Part shown: positions 61,227 to 64,000 of the stretch, one piece after another
How positions within the stretch are numbered: position 1 is the first letter of the stretch
How the letters are laid out: every line of letters begins with the position of its first letter
Position numbers and translations under genes: made by a program
DNA from: Azolla caroliniana
Lineage: Eukaryota > Plantae > Polypodiophyta
Reading direction: 5' to 3'
Assembly: GCA_043228905.1 (NCBI GenBank)
Contig: JBHGNT010000002.1
Location: 18,786,001 to 18,850,000 of the forward strand
DNA: 64,000 nt
The notes under the pieces: generated by a model
The model's input: only the letters and a program-made list of their open reading frames with translations
Databases searched by the model: none
Told to the model about the DNA's origin: nothing

Positions 61227-64000
61227 TGTTGAGAATCAAGCTCAACATAGAGCAACGTGTGAACACACCTTTTGAGAATCAATGATTACTCAAAGGTCAA
61301 GAGTCACACCACCACTCTCTACACATTAAACTATGTGTCATAGATTCATATTCTAACATAACTAATGGTTCCACATTCCCCATGACCGTAAGACTTCACA
61401 TTCCTCAAAGCTCTAGTGAGAGAGTGAACGTTGTAGTGAGTAAATGAAGAGAGAGGGTGACTCTATATAAAGCACCCACCTCCTACTCCATATTAAGTCG
61501 GTTGTGACTCCTTGTAACGCTATTTTGTATCTCATATTCTACTTGTTAATATACATCTCCTTCTTCTTCTTGAGTACTTCATATTGTCTCTTATCTATCT
61601 TGTGTTTCTCTCCTCTCCTCTCTTCTCTCACACATACACACATAACTCACATCTCTTCTGCTTCACAAGAATCACCATTGATTCTTTACATGGTATTAGG
61701 GCGATTTGGTAGCTCGATTTAGCCCACTCGCCTTATCGTGATCGTGTGTTGTGCTCTATGCCGACGTTCAAGAAGAACTGGCTCATCGCTATCGTAGTGC
61801 AACTACATAGCTCGTGTTTGAGAGAGAGAAGGAAAAGAAAAGAACGAAGAAATCTACATCGACAATGAATACTCAAATGGGGAGTGCTCTGCCTAGCGAG
61901 AAGTTGGATCGCAACAACTTTGCATCTTGGGAGTACAAGATGCACCAATACCTTGTCGGCCAAGGCTATTTGAGCTACATCAAAGGAGCACAAGAAAATC
62001 GGCCCAACCCGGAAGACGCCGACTATGCAACATGGGAGCAAGTGGCAAGCTGAGTGATGTATTGCTTGGCGACATGTGTTCACGACCACATGCTCGGGTA
62101 CATTCGAGAAGCCAAGATGCCGAAGGAAGCGTGGGAGAGTCTACGAAAGATTTTTGCCGCCAACACGACTGCGAGGAAGCTTCAACTACGCCAAGAGTTG
62201 AATAATATCCAACAAAGGGATATGTTTTGAAGATCGAGGAGCTTTGCAACTCGCTCGGCTCGATAAGCGTAAACGTGGAGGATGACGAGATGGTGCAAAT
62301 ATGCCTCGACGGCCTTGCACCACGATTCGGTGCGATGCGGACCGCCGTACTAGCACGGGAGCCCTCGTTCTTCGATCTTCAATCCATGTTGTTGGTCGAA
62401 GAAAACCATGTTCGAACAAGGAGTAGCGCCCTAGAAGGCCAAATGCTCTACACGCACTTGGATGGAGGAAGAGGACGCGGCCGTGCAAGAAGAGGCCGAT
62501 TCGGCCAAGGACGAGACAGACGAGGCTCGAATTACGAAAACAACTCGCAATTTTGGCATCAAGAAGGAAGCCATCGAGGAACCTTCGGAAGAAGGGGAAG
62601 CTTCTATTCCGGTCTGAACCGACAAAGCTTGGTCAAATGCGGATATTGCGGGAAAATCGGTCACCACGAAGAAGAATGCCGTAAGAAGATACGCGAGTCG
62701 ACTTCCCTAGTTGACAACTCACCAACTACGCCATCAACTCTGACTATGACGATCGTGGCGGAATGTTCGTGATGAGACATAGAGCGAATTCTATGTCGGC
62801 CTCTACTTCTACTAATGCCTCCGGTCTGGAAGACGTATGGTTTGTCGATTCCGGTGCCTTGAACCATATGATGTCGCATCAAGAATGGTTCCGAGAACTT
62901 TGAGAGCTGGATTGACCCGACTATGTCGAAACCGGAGACGATACTACGCACCCGATTCAGCACATCGGCAATGTTCCATTCGGAGAAGAAGGTAGGCAAA
63001 ATTATCTTAAAAATGTCTTGCATGTACCAACTATCACGAAGAATTTGGGCTCCGTCGGCCAAATTGTAGAGCAAGGAATGCAAGTACGATTTAATCAAGG
63101 CAGTTGCTTCATCGAAAAAGAGGGCCGAATGTTCACTCGTGACTCACACAGAGATGAAATCGGCCATGTTCGCAAAGGGCATGAAAGCCGATTTCGACAT
63201 AGAGTTATAGCACAAGCGGATCGGCCATATCAACCTCCAAAAGCTCAAGGCACTGCAATCGAAAGGAGTCGTCATCAGGCTCCCGACATTCATGGAGAAA
63301 GAGATTGAAGGCGTGTGTGCTGCTTGCGAATTCGGCAAGCAACATTGGCACCCATTTCCGAAGGAGCGGAACGTGAGCCTTTTACTTGACGTAATTCATT
63401 CCGATGTATGGGGTCCGGCTCAAACGGTGACATTCGGTGGATGCCGATACTACATGACCTTCATCGACGACTTCTCTAGGCACACTTGGATCTACCCGAT
63501 GCGACAAAAGAGCGAAGTGCTCGGACACTTCCAAAAATTTAAGAATGAAGCCACGGGCCGACATGTACGATGTCTTTGGTCGGATGGAGGCAACGAGTAC
63601 TTCTCTGATGAATTTTTGGCATTTCTACGGAAAGAGGGAATACGGCGAGAGTTTTCGTGTCGACATACGCCGCAACAAAATGGAGTGGCCGGACGCAAGA
63701 ATCGGCACATCCTCGAAGTGGCACGGGCTATGCTTAACGAAAAGCACATGCCAAAATCGTATTGGGTGGAAGTAGCTAACACGGCCGTCTATCTCATGAA
63801 TCAGTGTACGACATCGGGTGTGCACGAACTTACTCCTCACGAGAAGTTCTTCGGAAAGAAGCCGAACCTATCACATGTTTGGATATTCGGCTCCATTGCG
63901 TACGTGCACATCCCCGACGAGAAGCGTCAAAAGCTCAACCCGAAGTCAGAGAAATGTATCCTCGTAGGATACTCACTGGAGCAAAAGGGGTACAAGTGCT
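61227..64000 (+). mobile_element. Ty1/copia element L (B family): 5' LTR 61227-61690, PBS, degenerate gag-PR-INT; runs off the window
   Basis: TGTTGAGAATCAAGCTC...TTTACA LTR. PBS TGGTATTAGGGC at 61691-61702. gag MNTQMGSALPSEKLDRNNFASWEYK starts at 61865, followed by CGYCGKIGHHEEEC, HSDVWG and TPQQNG. Candidate left TSD is CCAAT. Confidence 0.92.

Overview
Eukaryotic nuclear DNA from a land plant. The TE families and gene structure suggest a non-seed plant such as a fern (inference). Bases 1-30.1 kb are a nest of degenerate LTR retrotransposons: Ty1/copia inside Ty1/copia inside Ty3/gypsy, a tRNA-Trp-primed gypsy family, a Tat/Athila-like gypsy and an L1 LINE fragment. Many LTRs, PBSs, PPTs and TSDs can be read to the base. 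Bases 30.3-53.6 kb are a gene island with four genes: (1) an intronless membrane-anchored PMEI-domain gene; (2) a 10-exon PHS1-like atypical kinase/dual-specificity phosphatase with one in-frame TAG and a GC-AG intron; (3) a 6-exon Rpr2/Rpp21/SNM1 zinc-finger gene with a very long C-terminal extension; (4) a 3-exon AVT1-like amino-acid transporter. Bases 53.6-64 kb hold a tandem repeat, a 367-bp near-perfect palindrome and a second nest of copia and chromoviral gypsy elements. The most notable observations are antisense tRNA-type A-box/B-box cassettes in the LTRs of two unrelated gypsy lineages, a conserved stem-loop around the PPT/U3 junction in two copia families, the extended Rpp21-like protein and the PHS1 nonsense codon. 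All assignments come from visual motif recognition; no database search was run.
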